From positions 736,001 through 800,000 of the forward strand of contig CAXXDQ010000003.1 of the NCBI GenBank assembly GCA_963664325.2: 64,000 nucleotides of DNA, in the 5' to 3' direction. A model generated the notes under the pieces. The model had not been told where the DNA came from. It did no database searches and was given only the letters and a program-made list of their open reading frames with translations. The DNA comes from Desulfomonilia bacterium (GTDB taxonomy: Bacteria; Desulfobacterota; Desulfomonilia; UBA1062). Positions 61,152 to 64,000 of this stretch are shown here, piece by piece. A program made the translations under genes and the position numbers. Every line of letters begins with the position of its first letter. The first letter of the stretch is position 1.

Positions 61152-62854
61152 TACTGCTGCGTAACCCTCATGACTTCTTCAATTGTGGTGACACCGTCAC
61201 TTACCTTTCTTGCGCCGTCTTCCCTAAGCGTATGGAGGCCCTCTTCAATTGCCTGCCTTTTAATTAAATTCGAATCGGAAGTCTTCAGGACGGTTGTTTT
61301 CATAGAGTCACTCATTACAAGGATCTCATAAATACCGATCCTGCCTTTGTAACCTGTATTAAGGCATTCCATACAACCGGCGCCTCTGTATAAATGTCCA
61401 TCAGCCAGAAGTCTTTCCCTGACCAGGCCTATTTCATGCAGGCTTTCGTTTTCCGGATAATAAGGCTGACGGCAGTCAGTGCAGATTTTTCTGCAAAGCC
61501 TTTGAGCGACAATCGCATTAAGCGATGAAGTAACAAGGAAGGGTTCAATACCCATATCAATAAGGCGTGTGATTGCAGTAGCGGAATCGTTTGTATGCAG
61601 TGTTGAGAAAACGAGGTGACCTGTCAGGGCTGCCTGAATGGCAATTTCAGCAGTATCCAGGTCACGGATTTCCCCTACCAGAATTATGTCCGGGTCCTGA
61701 CGGACTATTGACCTGAGCCCGGATGCAAATGTAACACCCACTTTCGTGTTGACAGGAATCTGCCCTATACCCTTCAGCTGATATTCTATCGGGTCTTCTA
61801 TTGTCAGAATGTTCTTATCCGGGGAGTTGAGCTTGCTGAGCATTGAATATAAAGAAGTGGTTTTTCCTGAACCTGTAGGGCCGGTTACAAGGATAATTCC
61901 ATGCTCCTGTTTAAGCAGCATGTTTATTATATCCATGTCGTCCGGATAGAAACCCAGTTCTTCCAGGCCATAGAGCACTGAGGATTTGTCAAGGATTCTC
62001 ATAACAAGCCGTTCACCGTTTGCAGTAGGGACAGTCGAAACACGCAGGTCGACAGAATGGTCTCCAAGCTTGATTCCTATTCTTCCATCCTGTGGCAGGC
62101 GTTTTTCTGCAATATTTAAATTTGCCATAACCTTGATACGTGAAATAACTGCTGACTGAATACGTTTGGGAATGCCTAAAACATCGTGCAGGATTCCATC
62201 GACCCGGAACCTAATCCTGACCTCAGCCTGATAGGGTTCTACGTGAATATCAGAGGCCCTTTCACGGAAGGCCTGCATCATGAGCCTGTTAACAAGTTTG
62301 ATTATAGGTGCGTCGCTTTCCATGACGCTTATATCCTGGATGCTTTCTATATCCGTCAGGAGGTCTTCTTCCTCCTCCTCTTTGATGTCCTCAACAATGT
62401 CCTGGGCACTCTCATTTTTCATGTCATTGAGGCGGTTTATGGCCGAATGGATCTCCTGTTTTGTGGCCAGGATGCGCTTTATGTCCCTGGCTGACATTTC
62501 CTTGCCTATATCATAGAAAGGGTCCTGATCCATGGGATCATTAACGGCTACTATCAGGGTATCTCCCTGCCATTTGAAGGGCACCATGTTATAGCGCCTG
62601 AGAAAAGTTACCGGGAGTTTGTCAAGTATGGCTGGATCGACTTCAAGGTCGCCGAGCATATGCACAAATTCAATACCCCAGGCCTTGGAGATGGCTTTAA
62701 GGATCTCCACATCGTTAATGGCGCCTGAATCAACAAGGGCATCCTTTAAAGAGCCGCCCTTTTGTTTCTGGGCCAGCAGCGCCTTCTGAAGGGTCTCTTC
62801 AGTTGCAAGATTCTGTGAGATCACAACCTGCTCAAGGCTTGGTATTCTCATCAA
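61151..62854 (-). CDS. gspE: Type II secretion ATPase GspE
   Basis: ASDIHVEP; RLPQDGR; GPTGSGKTT; RQDPD; tetracysteine motif; GYKGR. Confidence 0.94.
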   Translation of the reverse strand: MMRIPSLEQVVISQNLATEETLQKALLAQKQKGGSLKDALVDSGAINDVEILKAISKAWGIEFVHMLGDLEVDPAILDKLPVTFLRRYNMVPFKWQGDTLIVAVNDPMDQDPFYDIGKEMSARDIKRILATKQEIHSAINRLNDMKNESAQDIVEDIKEEEEEDLLTDIESIQDISVMESDAPIIKLVNRLMMQAFRERASDIHVEPYQAEVRIRFRVDGILHDVLGIPKRIQSAVISRIKVMANLNIAEKRLPQDGRIGIKLGDHSVDLRVSTVPTANGERLVMRILDKSSVLYGLEELGFYPDDMDIINMLLKQEHGIILVTGPTGSGKTTSLYSMLSKLNSPDKNILTIEDPIEYQLKGIGQIPVNTKVGVTFASGLRSIVRQDPDIILVGEIRDLDTAEIAIQAALTGHLVFSTLHTNDSATAITRLIDMGIEPFLVTSSLNAIVAQRLCRKICTDCRQPYYPENESLHEIGLVRERLLADGHLYRGAGCMECLNTGYKGRIGIYEILVMSDSMKTTVLKTSDSNLIKRQAIEEGLHTLREDGARKVSDGVTTIEEVMRVTQQ

Positions 62855-62887
62855 ATTTCACCCCTTGTCTTCATGCCGGTTTTTGTA

Positions 62888-64000
62888 TCACTTGCTTTTC
62901 TGCTCTGTCTGGACATCCGGCTCTTTCTCTTTCACGGTCGGCGCAACCGGCTCTGTTGGTGCAGGTTTCTTGGGGGGATTTGGCGGGACTTCCTCCCCTT
63001 TGGTCATGTCAGGCGATTCGAGTCTCAGCTTCGATTCAACCACTTTGACCTCGCCATATTTCCTTTTATAGAGAGAATCTGACTTTTCGATGGTGTCGAT
63101 AACCCTTGGTGTTATAAAAATATACAGGTTTGTTTTCTCGCGCGTCCGGTTTAGTGTTTTAAACAGATAGCCGAGCAACGGGATATCGCCGAACAAGGGA
63201 ACCTTGGAATTGCCTACTGTCAGGCTGTCACCAATGAGACCTCCTATAACCATTGTCTCGTTGTCTTTAATTTGTACCGACGTAGTTGCTGAACGCTTGA
63301 GCGTTGTCGGTGCATATTTGTCTTCGCCGGTGCCTTGCACGAGTGTTGTAATCTCCTCGAATATGTCCATGCGGACACCGCCTTCCTGGTTTATCTGCGG
63401 TGTGATTTTCAGAGTTACACCGACATCGCGGTAGTCATAAGTCCTAACCGTTCTGTTGATATTGGTCGAATCTGTATCCTCTCTGGTAATATAGGGAACG
63501 TTCTTGCCTACTTTTATCTCGGCCTGCTTGTTATCCATGGTTATAATCTGAGGTTTGGAGATGATGTGAATATCGTCATCGCTGCTTACGGCATTTATAA
63601 AGGAAGCCATGTTCGGAAGGGTTATTTCCGTTCCCCCCTTATTGAGTGTGATAGCCTGGCCGATAACACCGAGGAGCGGCCCATTAGGGAAATCGCTTGG
63701 TGTTGATATCGACGTATCGCTTGTCCTTGCAAACCACCCGCCGGTTTTTTTGCCGCCGTTGTATTTGAAGTCATTAAAGAATGACCACTGAACCCCGATC
63801 TCGAAATTATAATTTGTATTGACCTCCATTATGAATGCCTCGACAAAGACCTGTTTGCGGGGTATATCGAGATACCGGATTGTTTCGACGATATTGTCAT
63901 AAGTGTATGGGTCAGCAAATATAATCAGGGAATTAGTCGCCTTGTCCGGAGATATCTTAAAATTCTGCTGCTGGTTCGACATGCTCGATACTGCCGCTGG
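62888..64000 (-). CDS. gspD: Type II secretion secretin GspD (3' part; start beyond window)
   Basis: TNSLII; LDIPRKQVFVEA; DVGVTLKITPQI; KVPLFGDIPLLGYLF; FITPRVI. Confidence 0.94.
   Translation of the reverse strand, partial: PAAVSSMSNQQQNFKISPDKATNSLIIFADPYTYDNIVETIRYLDIPRKQVFVEAFIMEVNTNYNFEIGVQWSFFNDFKYNGGKKTGGWFARTSDTSISTPSDFPNGPLLGVIGQAITLNKGGTEITLPNMASFINAVSSDDDIHIISKPQIITMDNKQAEIKVGKNVPYITREDTDSTNINRTVRTYDYRDVGVTLKITPQINQEGGVRMDIFEEITTLVQGTGEDKYAPTTLKRSATTSVQIKDNETMVIGGLIGDSLTVGNSKVPLFGDIPLLGYLFKTLNRTREKTNLYIFITPRVIDTIEKSDSLYKRKYGEVKVVESKLRLESPDMTKGEEVPPNPPKKPAPTEPVAPTVKEKEPDVQTEQKSK

Overview
This is a bacterial chromosomal segment, most consistent with an anaerobic Desulfobacterota/deltaproteobacterium (inferred from gene content). 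The left part holds a membrane-bound group-1 [NiFe]-hydrogenase operon with maturation genes, fdhE, fbp/fba, an IlvD-GH31 pair, rpoZ-dnaJ-lipid A genes, hrcA-grpE-dnaK with a CIRCE, argS and an acyl-CoA ligase. The centre (~26-53.4 kb) is a visibly AT-rich surface-polysaccharide locus: WbpE/WbpB-D, Wzz-like, NeuB/C/A, five SAM methyltransferases, Wzx, Wzy, glycosyltransferases, a GT-C and a PglC-like transferase. The right part holds a sigma54-driven CFI-CTERM subtilase, lptFG, ferredoxin, ihfA, radA and gspE/gspD. No rRNA, tRNA, CRISPR array or transposase was seen. The best novelty candidate is a two-gene module that occurs twice in the glycan locus: a stand-alone ParB/Sulfiredoxin-fold protein paired with a CmoB/DUF1698-like methyltransferase, possibly a glycan-tailoring (phosphorylate-then-alkylate) system. 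Also notable are six single-base frameshifts confined to 41.2-46.3 kb, an in-frame TAG/ATA-start junction, an unlisted RHH-like ORF, and a sigma54 promoter with tandem palindromic enhancers. All calls come from motif reading by eye; no database searches were run.
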